From an uncultured delta proteobacterium (lineage in GTDB: Bacteria > Myxococcota > Myxococcia > Myxococcales > Myxococcaceae): DNA of 64,000 nt. The DNA lies in assembly GCA_963771175.1 (NCBI GenBank), contig CAVYSY010000057.1, forward strand, positions 64,001-128,000. The letters are read 5' to 3'. Of the stretch, positions 1 through 10,210 are shown piece after piece. A model generated the notes under the pieces. The model worked only from the letters and a program-made list of their open reading frames with translations. It was not told where the DNA came from and made no database searches. The translations under genes were made by a program, and so were the position numbers. The first letter of the stretch is position 1. The number at the start of each line of letters is the position of its first letter.

Positions 1-1597
1 CATGCAGAAGTCCGAGCCGATGGACCGGCTCGTCTGCGGCGACGTGGGCTACGGCAAGACGGAGGTGGCGATGCGCGCCGCCTTCAAGGCCACGCTGGAC
101 CGCAAGCAGGTGGCGGTGCTGGTGCCCACCACCGTGCTGGCGCAGCAGCACTACCTCTCCTTCAAGAAGCGCTTCAAGGACTACCCCGTCGCGGTGGAAG
201 TCATCTCCGGCATGAAGAAGCCGCAGGAGGTGCGGGAAATCCTCAAGCGCACCAAGGAGGGCAAGGTCGACATCCTCATCGGCACGCACAAGCTGCTGGC
301 GGGAGACGTGTCCTTCAAGGACCTGGGGCTGCTCGTGGTGGACGAGGAGCAGCGCTTCGGGGTGAAGCACAAGGAGCAGATCAAGCGGCTGCGCGCCCTG
401 GTGGACGTGCTCACGCTGTCGGCGACGCCGATTCCCCGCACGCTGCACATGGCCATGTCGGGCGTGCGCGAGATGAGCATCATCGCCACCCCGCCGCAGG
501 ACCGGCGCGCCATCCGCACCTTCGTGCTGAAGTTCGACGAGCAGACCATCAAGGACGCCATCGAGCGCGAGGTGGCCCGCGGCGGTCAGGTCTTCTTCGT
601 GCACAACCGGGTGGAGTCCCTCCCCGCGATGGAGGAGCTGCTCAAGAAGCTGGTGCCCCACATCTCCTTCGGCGTGGCGCACGGGCAGATGGGCGAGGGC
701 CAGCTCGAGAAGGCGATGCTGGACTTCACCGAGAAGAAGTACCAGGTGCTGCTGTGCACCAGCATCATCGAGAGCGGCATCGACATCTCGAGCGCCAACA
801 CGATGATCGTCAACCGGGCGGACACGTTCGGTCTGGCGCAGCTCTACCAACTCCGGGGCCGAGTGGGCCGCTCGAAGGAGCGCGCGTACGCGTACCTGCT
901 GGTGCCGGCGCGGCGCACCGTCACCAAGGACGCGCAGCGACGCCTGGAGGTGCTGCAGCGCTTCACCGAGCTGGGCGCGGGCTTCTCCATCGCGAGCCAT
1001 GACCTGGAGATTCGTGGCGCGGGCAACCTGCTGGGCTCCGAGCAGTCGGGCTCCATCTCGGCGATCGGCTTCGACCTGTACGCGCAGCTCCTGGAGGAGG
1101 CGGTGTCCGAGGTGCGGGGCGAGCCGCCCCGGGTGCAGATCGAGCCCGAGGTCATCCTCCCAATGGCGGCGCTCATCCCGGACGACTACGTCTCGGACGT
1201 GCACCAGCGGCTGGTCTTCTACAAGCGCTTCAGCCAGGCGAGCCATCCGGACGAGGTGCAGGACCTGCGCTCGGAGCTGGTGGACCGCTTCGGCGAGGCC
1301 CCGGACGAGGTGGACAACCTCTCGGAGCAGACGCTGCTGAAGATCGACATGCGGGACTTGCGGCTGCGCGCGCTGGAGGGCGGTCCGGGCCGGCTGGTGG
1401 TGACGCTGGGCTCGGACGCACTGCTGGACGGGCCGAGGGTGGCGATGTTGGTGCAGCGGTCCAAGGGCCTCTACCGGCTCACCCCGGACATGAAGCTGGT
1501 GGTGAAGCTGGGGCCCGAGGTGAAGGGCCAGGCGCTCATCAGCGAGGCCAAGAAGGTGCTGCGCGACCTCAACACCTGCGCCCTGCCGCAGGCGTGA
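1..1597 (+). CDS. mfd: Transcription-repair coupling factor, C-terminal part (5' end outside window)
   Basis: GDVGYGKT Walker A, VVDEEQRFGV, SATPIPRT, QLRGRVGRS, DLEIRGAGNLLG and a C-terminal TRCF domain. Confidence 0.97.
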   Translation, partial: MQKSEPMDRLVCGDVGYGKTEVAMRAAFKATLDRKQVAVLVPTTVLAQQHYLSFKKRFKDYPVAVEVISGMKKPQEVREILKRTKEGKVDILIGTHKLLAGDVSFKDLGLLVVDEEQRFGVKHKEQIKRLRALVDVLTLSATPIPRTLHMAMSGVREMSIIATPPQDRRAIRTFVLKFDEQTIKDAIEREVARGGQVFFVHNRVESLPAMEELLKKLVPHISFGVAHGQMGEGQLEKAMLDFTEKKYQVLLCTSIIESGIDISSANTMIVNRADTFGLAQLYQLRGRVGRSKERAYAYLLVPARRTVTKDAQRRLEVLQRFTELGAGFSIASHDLEIRGAGNLLGSEQSGSISAIGFDLYAQLLEEAVSEVRGEPPRVQIEPEVILPMAALIPDDYVSDVHQRLVFYKRFSQASHPDEVQDLRSELVDRFGEAPDEVDNLSEQTLLKIDMRDLRLRALEGGPGRLVVTLGSDALLDGPRVAMLVQRSKGLYRLTPDMKLVVKLGPEVKGQALISEAKKVLRDLNTCALPQA

Positions 1598-1605
1598 GGA
1601 AGAGA

Positions 1606-1634
1606 ACGGGCGGGGCAGGACATCCCCGCCCCGT
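1606..1634. terminator. GC-rich hairpin between convergent mfd and ompA-like genes
   Basis: acgggcgggg / ccccgccccgt near-perfect inverted repeat just after the mfd stop. Confidence 0.55.
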
Positions 1635-1660
1635 GCCGCCAGGGCCTGGCTTCCCAGCCC

Positions 1661-2506
1661 TCAGCGGCTCCCCGTCACCACACCGGGCGCGAGGACGATC
1701 TCGATGCGCCGGTTGAGGCTGCGGTTCTCCGGCGAGTCGTTGGGCGCGATGGGCTGGTACGGACCGTAGCCCGCGGCGGAGAGCACCGTGGGGTCCACGC
1801 CCGCGTCCTGCATCGCCCTCACCACCGCCATCGCTCGCGCCAGGCTCAGCTCCCAGTTGGAGGGAAAGGGGCCCTTGGAGTCCGTGGGCACGTTGTCCGT
1901 GTGCCCCTCCACGCGGATGATCTTCCCCTGCACCCCCTTGAGGGCCTCGGCGATCTTCGTCAGCGCGTCCTGCCCCTCCTTGCCCACCCGCGCCGAGCCG
2001 GAGGCGAAGAGAATCTTGTCCTTCAGGTTCACCGTCATCCGGCCCCGCAGCTCCGACAGCTCGATCTTCCCCTCGGAGATCTCCTTCTCCAGGCTCTTGG
2101 CGAGGCTCGCGTACTCGGAGCTCTTCTTCTCCAGCGCCTCCTTGGCCTCGGCGAGCTTGCGCTTGGACGTGGCCAGCTCCGCGTTGAGGGCGGCGAGCTC
2201 GGCGTTCTTCTGCTCCAGGGCACGGCGCTCGGCGGCCCCCGCGGTCAGCCGTGCCTCGGCGGTGTCGAGGCGCGTGGTCAGCGCCTCCTTGTCCCGCTCC
2301 AGCCCGGCCGCCCGCTCCTCCAGCTCCGCCACCTTCTCGCCCAGCGCGCGGACCTTCTCGTCAGCCGCCACGCGCGCGCCCTTCTCCTCCTGGAGTTGCG
2401 CGTCGAGCGTCTGGGCCTTCTGCATCGCCGTGTCGTACTTGCCCTGGGTGACGCATCCCGCGGTGAGCGCGAGGGCGCAGAGGGGTGCCAGCAATCGGGT
2501 CCGCAT
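1661..2506 (-). CDS. OmpA/MotB-family peptidoglycan-binding lipoprotein with long coiled coil
   Basis: Lipobox LTAGC, coiled coil, VEGHTD, NWELSLARA, NRRIEI. Confidence 0.9.
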   Translation of the reverse strand: MRTRLLAPLCALALTAGCVTQGKYDTAMQKAQTLDAQLQEEKGARVAADEKVRALGEKVAELEERAAGLERDKEALTTRLDTAEARLTAGAAERRALEQKNAELAALNAELATSKRKLAEAKEALEKKSSEYASLAKSLEKEISEGKIELSELRGRMTVNLKDKILFASGSARVGKEGQDALTKIAEALKGVQGKIIRVEGHTDNVPTDSKGPFPSNWELSLARAMAVVRAMQDAGVDPTVLSAAGYGPYQPIAPNDSPENRSLNRRIEIVLAPGVVTGSR

Positions 2507-2662
2507 GTATCGAGTCCTCCTGGATTATTTGAGTTCAAATCGTATCGGGTAGGGGCCTGATGGCCAGTGGGAAGTGCCCGCCCCTGTCGTTCCTCATGGG
2601 GAGGAGGCGCTCGTCTGCCCGCCCCTCGACGGAGGCTTCTGGCCCCCGGCATGCTCCCCCCC

Positions 2663-3982
2663 ATGAGCCACGGCCCCCGTCTCCGCCTCCACCGCCGCGC
2701 CTTCCTCCAAGCGAGCACGGCGCTCGCGCTGCCCTTCGTCCTGGGCCGCTGCGGTCTCCCCGAGAGCGATGAGGGGCTGCGCTCGGACCCCGACGGCATC
2801 CTCGACCTGCCCGAGGGCTTCCGCTACCGCATCCTCGAGCGCCGGGGAGAGCCGATGAGCGACGGCTACCTCGCCCCGGGACAACCGGACGGCATGGGCT
2901 GCTTCGCCGGACCTCCAGGCAGCAACACCCTGGTGCTGATGCGCAACCATGAGTTGGAGTCGGGCCAGGAGGACATGGGTCCCCTCACCGCGGGGCAGCC
3001 CATGCCAGCCCAGGCGTACCGGCCCGAGGCGGGCAGCCCGGGTGGCGTGACGCGCGTCGTGGTGGATGCCAACACCTTCGCCCGCGTCTCCAGCAACCTC
3101 GTGCTCGCGGGCTCCGCGCGCAACTGCGCTGGCGGTGACTCACCGTGGGGCTGGCTCACCTGCGAGGAGACCGTCAAGGAGGGCCACGGCTACGTCTTCC
3201 TCTGCGACCCGATGGCCGACAGCGTGCGGGACGCGGTGCGCATCCCCGCCCTCGGCAAGATGAACCACGAGGCGGCCGTGGTGGACCCCACCTCCTTCAT
3301 CACGTACCTCACCGAAGACCGTGGCGATGGCTGCTTCTACCGCTTCGTCCCCGAGAACCCCGGTGAGCGCCTCGGGCTGGAGTCGCGCGGCCGGCTGCAG
3401 GCGCTGCGCGTCGAGGCCGAGCCCCAGCGGGACATGAACGCGAGCGTGGAGCCCGGTGCCACCTTCCAGGTGGACTGGGTGGACCTGCCCCGGCCGGACG
3501 CCGAGGACGACTCGCTCCGCTTCCAGGGCGCCGAGCGCGGAGCCGCCATCTTCCGCCGCGGCGAGGGCATCTTCTTCCACGCGGGCTCCATCTACTTCTG
3601 CGCCACCACGGGCGGCCCCGAGTCCGGCGGGCAGCTCTGGCGTTACACGCCCTCGGGGCTCCAGGGCGGCACGCTGCAACTGCTGACGCAGGCGAAGGAC
3701 CGGAGCATCCTCGACATGCCGGACAACATCTGCGTGGCCCCATGGGGCGACGTGGTGATGGCCGAGGACGGAGACGACTCGCGCCGCCCCGAGGAGCACC
3801 TGCGCATCCTCACCCCCTCCGGCCAGGTGAAGAACCTCGCGCGCAACGCGCTGGGCCGCGGCGAGTTCGCCGGCGTGTGCCTCTCGCCGGACGGCCGCGC
3901 CCTCTTCGCCAACATGCAGAGCGACGGCCTCACCCTCGTCATCACCGGCCCCTTCCAGCGCTACACCGGCACGGGGCTGTAG
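2663..3982 (+). CDS. phoX: PhoX-family (DUF839) alkaline phosphatase, Tat-exported
   Basis: RRAFL Tat motif, LMRNHE, NCAGG-SPWGWLTCEE, NHEA, YLTED, PDN, GEFAG; start 2663 or 2651. Confidence 0.85.
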   Translation: MSHGPRLRLHRRAFLQASTALALPFVLGRCGLPESDEGLRSDPDGILDLPEGFRYRILERRGEPMSDGYLAPGQPDGMGCFAGPPGSNTLVLMRNHELESGQEDMGPLTAGQPMPAQAYRPEAGSPGGVTRVVVDANTFARVSSNLVLAGSARNCAGGDSPWGWLTCEETVKEGHGYVFLCDPMADSVRDAVRIPALGKMNHEAAVVDPTSFITYLTEDRGDGCFYRFVPENPGERLGLESRGRLQALRVEAEPQRDMNASVEPGATFQVDWVDLPRPDAEDDSLRFQGAERGAAIFRRGEGIFFHAGSIYFCATTGGPESGGQLWRYTPSGLQGGTLQLLTQAKDRSILDMPDNICVAPWGDVVMAEDGDDSRRPEEHLRILTPSGQVKNLARNALGRGEFAGVCLSPDGRALFANMQSDGLTLVITGPFQRYTGTGL

Positions 3983-4004
3983 AGTCTGGTATACGGCGCG
4001 TCCG

Positions 4005-5789
4005 TTGGACACCCTCGACGCGAAGCCATCCCCCGCTCCTGACGTGCCCCCCCGCGGGCTCGGGACGCTGTTCTTCCTCGTGCTCCTGTGGCTGCTGCCG
4101 GGAGCCCTGGCGAACGTGTTCCGGGCCGCGCTGGGCCTGCCCTTGTGGGTGGGCGCCCTCGCCGGGGCCGCGGGAGTGGTGGGCATCACGTGGAAGGTGG
4201 TCTCCCAGCGGAGTCCGTGGCCCACGCATGGGCCGCTCGCGCTCCTCCAGGTGCTCTACCTCGTCACCGCGCTGGGCCTGACGTGGCGGATGCTGGGTAT
4301 CCCGGCCATGGGGGGCCTGGTCACGGTGGGGGGAGGAGACGCCGGCAACCACGCCGCGCTGCATTTCGACTTCGCCACCCGCTCGTCCGAGCTCTACCAG
4401 GGCTTCACCTTCTTCCACACGGTGACGTACGGGCTGATGTGGCTCTTCGGCCTGGACACGTTCACCAGCTTCCGTGCCGGCTTCTTCCTGGTGCCCGCGA
4501 GCGTCGCCCTGGCGCTCGCCGCGGGCCTCGAGTCCGTCGCCGGGCGGCTCTGGCGCACGGGCCGCGCGATGGTGGCGGCGCAGGCCGTCTTGTGGGTGGC
4601 GACCGCCACGGTGTGGCCCCTCCTGCTGCTGCGGTTGCTGCACTACCACCAGGCGGATGGCTTCTATGCCCATCTCTTCGGGCTGGTACCCCTGGTGCTG
4701 GCGTGGCTCGCCTATGGCCTCCCGCGCTCGCCCTGGGTGCGCTGCGCCGCGCTCGCCGTGTTCATGGTGTTCTACCGCTTCACCTACGGGCTGAACCTCG
4801 GGGACCTGCTCGTCACCTGCGGGGTGCTCGTGCTGGTGGAGGGCACCCGCCTGCCCGGCCCGAAGTGGCGCCGGGGGGCCTGGCTGCTCGGGCTTGGGCT
4901 CCTCGGTGCCGCCGCGTACGCGTACTGGCGGCTGCTGCCCCTGGCGCACATCCCCGGAGGATTCGTGCACTACTCGTACCCGCGCGCGCTGCGGGTGCAG
5001 TGCTTGACGGTGCTGGGGCTGCTGGCCGTGCGCTTCCTCTCCCCCCGCGAGGAGGCCGTCGAGCGGCGGTTGCTCGACTTCGCCCTGCTGTTCTGCGGAG
5101 TCAACGCGCTGGTGCAGCTGGCCTACCTGGGCGCGGGGCTGCCCATCGACTACTACTTCCTCAAGTACGGCTTCCACGCCGTGATGCTGCTGCTGTGCGT
5201 GGCGCCGCTCGCCGTCAGCAACCGGGTGGGGGCGCTGTTCCAGACGGGGCGGGCGCGCGCGTGGCGCTGGGACGTGGCGCTGGCCGTGCTCGCCGCCCTC
5301 GGGCTCGTCGCGGTGACGCACGGGTGGGGCCGGGCCTTCAAGGCCTACGAGCCGAGCTATTGGGAGCGCGTGCGCGGCGAACCTCCCTTCCGGCGCCTGG
5401 ATGCGCTGGAGGACCGGGGGTCCATCACGCTCATCCGCCAGGTGCTGCGCGAGGAGGGCAAGCGCTTCGGGGGGATGCTGAGCCCCTCGTGGCCGCGGAT
5501 GAACTTCTCCAACGTCGAGCTGGGCTGGGTGCCGGAGGAGTGGATGAACACCAACGGGCACTGGCCGCTGTTCATCTCGGGGAAGGTGAGGGAGGGGCCG
5601 GGCCTGTGCGTCTTCTGGGAGGCCTCCGCGTCGGACTGGGAGAGCTACCGGCGCATCTCCGAGGAGAACGACTCGCCCCTGGCGGACGTCGTCCGCGAGC
5701 TCCAGGCCCGGCCCGGCAGGGTGTGCCGGGACTACGCCGCGCCCTGGGTGCCGGGCGGCTCACGGACGCTCTGCTACCACTGCGGCTGA
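4005..5789 (+). CDS. Multi-pass membrane protein, possibly GT-C-fold glycosyltransferase
   Basis: About 12 hydrophobic helices, GGDAGNH loop after early TMs, soluble C-terminal domain. Confidence 0.55.
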   Translation: MDTLDAKPSPAPDVPPRGLGTLFFLVLLWLLPGALANVFRAALGLPLWVGALAGAAGVVGITWKVVSQRSPWPTHGPLALLQVLYLVTALGLTWRMLGIPAMGGLVTVGGGDAGNHAALHFDFATRSSELYQGFTFFHTVTYGLMWLFGLDTFTSFRAGFFLVPASVALALAAGLESVAGRLWRTGRAMVAAQAVLWVATATVWPLLLLRLLHYHQADGFYAHLFGLVPLVLAWLAYGLPRSPWVRCAALAVFMVFYRFTYGLNLGDLLVTCGVLVLVEGTRLPGPKWRRGAWLLGLGLLGAAAYAYWRLLPLAHIPGGFVHYSYPRALRVQCLTVLGLLAVRFLSPREEAVERRLLDFALLFCGVNALVQLAYLGAGLPIDYYFLKYGFHAVMLLLCVAPLAVSNRVGALFQTGRARAWRWDVALAVLAALGLVAVTHGWGRAFKAYEPSYWERVRGEPPFRRLDALEDRGSITLIRQVLREEGKRFGGMLSPSWPRMNFSNVELGWVPEEWMNTNGHWPLFISGKVREGPGLCVFWEASASDWESYRRISEENDSPLADVVRELQARPGRVCRDYAAPWVPGGSRTLCYHCG

Positions 5790-5901
5790 ACCTACCTGGG
5801 CCGGTCCCTGGCCCGAGGAAGCCGAACTCCGCCCACGGCGGCGGCCCGGCGATGGGCAGGAGGCATGCGTGGGGAGCAGCATCTGCCCCCCTTCCATGCG
5901 G

Positions 5902-8844
5902 TCACCCGCCCAGCGGCAACGCCACGTGGAAGGTGCTCCCGTGACCGGGGAGGCTGTCCACCCAGATGCGGCCACCGTGGCGCTCGACGATCCGCCGCGA
6001 CAGGTAGAGCCCCAGCCCCAGCCCGACGCGCGAGCCGACACGCACCGGGATGCCGGGCACCTGGTAGAAGCGCTCGAACAGCAGCGGCACGCGTTCCGGG
6101 GGGATGCCGGGGCCCTCGTCGCGCACCGACACGAGGGCCTCGCGCTCCGTGACACGCAGCGCCAGCTCCACCGGACTCTCCGGCGGCGAGTACTTGAGCG
6201 CGTTGGAGAGCAGGCTGCCCACCACGCCCGTGATCCGCTCCGGATCCACCCGAGCCAGCACCGGCCCGTCCGGCAGCTCCAGCCGCACCGCCCGCCGCGC
6301 CACCCGCGCCTCCTCCCCCGCCACCTCGCGCAGCAGCGGCACCAGGTCGTGCTGGCCCGGCTCGATCGGCAGCTCCCCACCCTCCACGACCGAGATGTCG
6401 GTGAACAACCGCACGAGCTTCTCCAGACGGGACAACGAGTGGAACGCCTCCGAGAGCAGCTCCGCGCCGCCCTCCCCTCGGGCCAGCCGCCGCTCGGCGG
6501 CGCGCAGGCGCAGCCCCAGGCTGCTCAGCGGGGTGCGCAGCTCGTGCGCGGCCAGGTTGAGGAACTCGTCCTTGAGGTGCACGGTCGCCACATCCTGCCG
6601 CATGGCCGCCAGCTCCAGGTGCGTGCGCACCCGCGCGTGCAGCTCCCTGGCGGAGAAGGGCTTGGCCAGGTAGTCGTCCGCGCCCAGCCCCAGGCTCTCC
6701 ACGGCGGCCTCCTCGCCCGCGCGCGCCGACAGCAGGATGACGGGCAGCGTCCGGGTGGATGGCTCCGCGCGCAGGGCGCGCAGCAGGCCGAAACCATCCA
6801 GCCGCGGCATGGTGATGTCGCTCACCACCAGGTGCGGCGGGGCCGCGCGGGCCAGCACGAGCGCCTCCTCCCCATCACCCGCCAGGGTCACCGCGTACTC
6901 GGGGGAGAGCAGGCGGTGGAGGTAGCGCCGCATGTCCTGGTTGTCATCCACGACCAGGATGCGCACTCGCGCAGCGACGGGCTCTCCGGAGGAAGAAGGC
7001 TCGGCGCTGGCGGCAGGCCTGGAGTCCTCCGGGAGGTGGCTCTGCGACTCCTCCGAGAACGCGGCGACCCACCGCGGGGCCAGCGCCCGGTGCCCCTCGC
7101 GCACCTGCTCGGGGGGAAGGTGCGCGGAGCCCCGCCGCAGCATGACGGTGAAGGTCGTGCCCCGGCCGGGCGTGCTCTCCACCGAGACGGTGCCGCCGTG
7201 GAGCTGCACCAGCGTCTCGACCAGTGACAGGCCGATGCCCGCCCCCTCGTAGGAGCGCGCCCCCGCGGGCCCGAGCCGGAAGAACCGCTCGAAGACGTGC
7301 GGCAGGGCCTCGGGCGCAATCCCCACACCGGTGTCGCTCACCACCAGCTTCACCTGCTCGCCCTCGAGCCGCAGCGCCACGCGGACCTCCCCCGCGGGCG
7401 TGAACTTGAGCGCGTTGGAGACGAGGTTGAGGACGATCTTCTCCCACATCTCCTCGTCCACGTAGATGGGCTCGGGCAGCGGCGGGCAGTCCACCACCAG
7501 CGACAGCCCCGCACGGGCGCTCGCGGTGGAGAAGGCGCCGGCCAGCTCGCGGGTGGCCGCGGAAAGATCCGTGGGGCGAAACACCGGCTCCAGACGGCCG
7601 GCCTCCAGGCGCGCGAAGTCCAGCAGCCCCCCTACCAGCTTGAGCAGCCGGCCGGCGTTGCGGCGGACCACCTCCAGTTGCTCGCGCTGCGCGGCGGAGA
7701 GCGGCGGCTCCGAGGCGCGCAGCAGATCCTCCACCGGGCCCAGCAGCAGGGTGAGCGGCGTGCGGAACTCGTGGCTGATGTCGCCCAGGAACGTGGTCTT
7801 GGCCCGATCCAGCTCCGCGAGCTTCTCCGCCCGCTCGCGCACGAGCCGCAGCTCGCGGGCACTGGCGAGGGCCGCGGCCACTTCTCGGGCCAGGAGCCTG
7901 AGAAAACCCTCGTAGGCCTCGTCCAGGAGCAGGTGCGCGCTCAGCCCCACCACCAGCGCCCCATCAGGCGGGCGGCCTCCGGGCAGGGCCACGGGTAGCA
8001 CCAGCGCCGCCCGCGGCGGGGCGAGCCCCTCGCCGGGCGTGCCGATGAACGGAGGAATGGGCTCCACCCGGACGGGCTTCCCACTGCGAATCACCGAGCC
8101 CAGGGGCCAGGGGCAGAGCCCGGCGGCCTTCCCTGACGCGCCCGGTTCGAAGCACCGCGGGCCCAGGTCGGCGCCGCTCTCGAAGCCCACGCTGGCCACC
8201 AGCCGCGCCTGGTCCCCCGGGCCAAGGAGGTAGAGCTGCGCGAAGCGGACGTCCTCGGGCGCGCGGCCGAACACCCCCGCCAGGGCTCCCTGCAGCGCCT
8301 CGTCCGTCTCCGCGCCCGCCAGGGCCGCCGCGAGCTCGCGCACCGTCTTGAGCCGCCGCTCGCCCACCACCTGGCCGGTGACGTCGATGATCACGCTCTG
8401 GGCGCCATGCACCTGCCCGCGCTCGTTCCACAACGGCGACATCGTCTGGGAGACGTACACCTCCTCGAGGAAGCCACGCCGGTCCAGCAGGAACCGGATG
8501 CGCTCCAGCCAGAGCGCCTGCCCGCTGCGGTAGACGCCCCACATCATCTGCTCCAGGCCCGCCCACGCCTCCGGCCACGTCTCCTGGAGGCTGACCCCCA
8601 TCACCTGCGGGTGCTTCTGGCCCAGGTGGGGGATCATCCCATCGTTGTAGATGCCGGTGCACTCGGCGGGCGTGGGGCCCCACCCCAGGCCCATGGCCAG
8701 GGGGTTGCTGAGTTGGAGCCCCACGATGGATTGCAGGCTCAGGGGCCAGCGCTCCAAGGGCCCGAGCGGCGTCCGGGACCAATCCAGGGTGCGGATGAGC
8801 TCTCCGGTAATTCCTCCCTTCCTCAGCGCATCCTGCAGCAGCAT
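5902..8844 (-). CDS. Hybrid sensor kinase (PAS-like, GAF, HisKA-HATPase, REC, second HisKA-HATPase)
   Basis: DWSRTPLGP sensor start, SHEFRTPL and AHELRTPL H-boxes, NALKF/NALKY, DTGVG/DEGPG, REC VVDD...SDITMP. Confidence 0.92.
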   Translation of the reverse strand: MLLQDALRKGGITGELIRTLDWSRTPLGPLERWPLSLQSIVGLQLSNPLAMGLGWGPTPAECTGIYNDGMIPHLGQKHPQVMGVSLQETWPEAWAGLEQMMWGVYRSGQALWLERIRFLLDRRGFLEEVYVSQTMSPLWNERGQVHGAQSVIIDVTGQVVGERRLKTVRELAAALAGAETDEALQGALAGVFGRAPEDVRFAQLYLLGPGDQARLVASVGFESGADLGPRCFEPGASGKAAGLCPWPLGSVIRSGKPVRVEPIPPFIGTPGEGLAPPRAALVLPVALPGGRPPDGALVVGLSAHLLLDEAYEGFLRLLAREVAAALASARELRLVRERAEKLAELDRAKTTFLGDISHEFRTPLTLLLGPVEDLLRASEPPLSAAQREQLEVVRRNAGRLLKLVGGLLDFARLEAGRLEPVFRPTDLSAATRELAGAFSTASARAGLSLVVDCPPLPEPIYVDEEMWEKIVLNLVSNALKFTPAGEVRVALRLEGEQVKLVVSDTGVGIAPEALPHVFERFFRLGPAGARSYEGAGIGLSLVETLVQLHGGTVSVESTPGRGTTFTVMLRRGSAHLPPEQVREGHRALAPRWVAAFSEESQSHLPEDSRPAASAEPSSSGEPVAARVRILVVDDNQDMRRYLHRLLSPEYAVTLAGDGEEALVLARAAPPHLVVSDITMPRLDGFGLLRALRAEPSTRTLPVILLSARAGEEAAVESLGLGADDYLAKPFSARELHARVRTHLELAAMRQDVATVHLKDEFLNLAAHELRTPLSSLGLRLRAAERRLARGEGGAELLSEAFHSLSRLEKLVRLFTDISVVEGGELPIEPGQHDLVPLLREVAGEEARVARRAVRLELPDGPVLARVDPERITGVVGSLLSNALKYSPPESPVELALRVTEREALVSVRDEGPGIPPERVPLLFERFYQVPGIPVRVGSRVGLGLGLYLSRRIVERHGGRIWVDSLPGHGSTFHVALPLGG

Positions 8845-9062
8845 GCACCCCTCACCCTTGAGCCCATGCAGGACCAACCTGCCTTGCCCGCGAAATCCTC
8901 CACGGCATCGTGCACTGGGAAGCCCTCTTCGCGGAAGCAGGGCTCGAGGCAGGCCCATCTGGCGGTGGACCCCCGAGACCGGTTGGAGCAACGTGAGGGC
9001 GAGCCCCCCGCAGGAGGCAACACCCAGGCTGGGCTTGCCCCGGAGTAGCAGACGCTTGTCGC

Positions 9063-9689
9063 GTGGAGCTGGGGCTCCGTGGCCAGAGGCACCGCCTGGA
9101 AACCTTGCTGACGACCAACTTCGATCCGCTCATCGAACTGAGTATTCGGCGTGCGGGGGGGCGGGTCTTCAGCCGCATGTTGGCCGGGGATGGCTCGCTG
9201 GATGACATGCGCGGAGAAGGAAGTTGCGTTGTCCACCTGCACGGTGACTGGCACGGTACAGACACTCTCCACACGCCCCTATCGCTCGGTCAGGATCGGC
9301 CACTCCTGCGCGCCTCTCTCCAACGACTCTTGCGCCGGAACATGGTGGTCGTTATGGCGTATAGCGGATGGGACGACGTCTTCACGAGAGCGCTCGTTGA
9401 GATGTGCGCCGACACAGGCGAATCCCCGGATGTCCTCTGGTGCTGCTACGAGAACGACCCTGTGGCCATCCAACAGAGCAACGCACGTCTGTTCGAAAAG
9501 TTGGCACCTGCCATTGCTCGCCACCGTGTCACTTTCTTCCCAGGAATCGACTGCCACTCTTTTCTGCCCAGTCTTTTCGACGAACTCATGAGGAAGAGAG
9601 GTGGTGCTAGACCATCCTCGCCTCGCGCGGCGCCGGTGAGAGACGAGGAGGAGTTCGTCCCCCGAGTAGCGTCTCCAGATGGGCATTGA
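9063..9689 (+). pseudogene. N-terminally truncated SIR2-like (sirtuin-fold NADase) domain
   Basis: TTNFD, HLHG and AYSGWD motifs; the N-terminal GAG motif is missing; lower GC than flanks. Confidence 0.7.
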
Positions 9690-10210
9690 GGAGAAATGGA
9701 CCACTCCTGCCTTCCTCGACTTCCTACGAGCCATGGGTACGGTTGAGACGGATCCGCCTGTTACTGGTCAGCGCGCATCCCTTCCATCGTCTCGGACGAG
9801 CCTGGACCGATCGCCTCATCAACGTCGTGCAGCGAAACATTTCCTACCTGCACCCCGATGAGGCCGCAGGACTCGTGCTGAACCCGATTCCAGGCTTCCC
9901 GGATATCTACCCGCTGGGCGGCGTTGAGCGAATTGTAAAAGAGACACATGGGCACCCATATCTCGTGCAGCTCGTCTGCGACGCACTCGTGCGTGATCTT
10001 AACTCCCGGAGTCGATTGAAGGCCAACGCAGCTGATCTCGACCGGGCCCTCGACCGTGCAATAAATGACTCGGTGTTATTCCGTGAATTGTGGCGCGACC
10101 GAACAGATGAAGAACGTGTGCTGCTGCACCTGCTAGCTCGGGACGGGAAAGCGAAACTCGATACAAGCGCACCGCTCCGTGAGTTGATCCAGCAGGAATA
10201 TGTCGCAGGC
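9670..10210 (+). pseudogene. Fragment of STAND/AAA-type ATPase (region after Walker B)
   Basis: FLDFLRA, then after a frameshift LLLVS...ISYL..DEA..LV..P and THGHPYLVQLVC (GxP motif); no Walker A; ends at the convergent gene. Confidence 0.6.
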
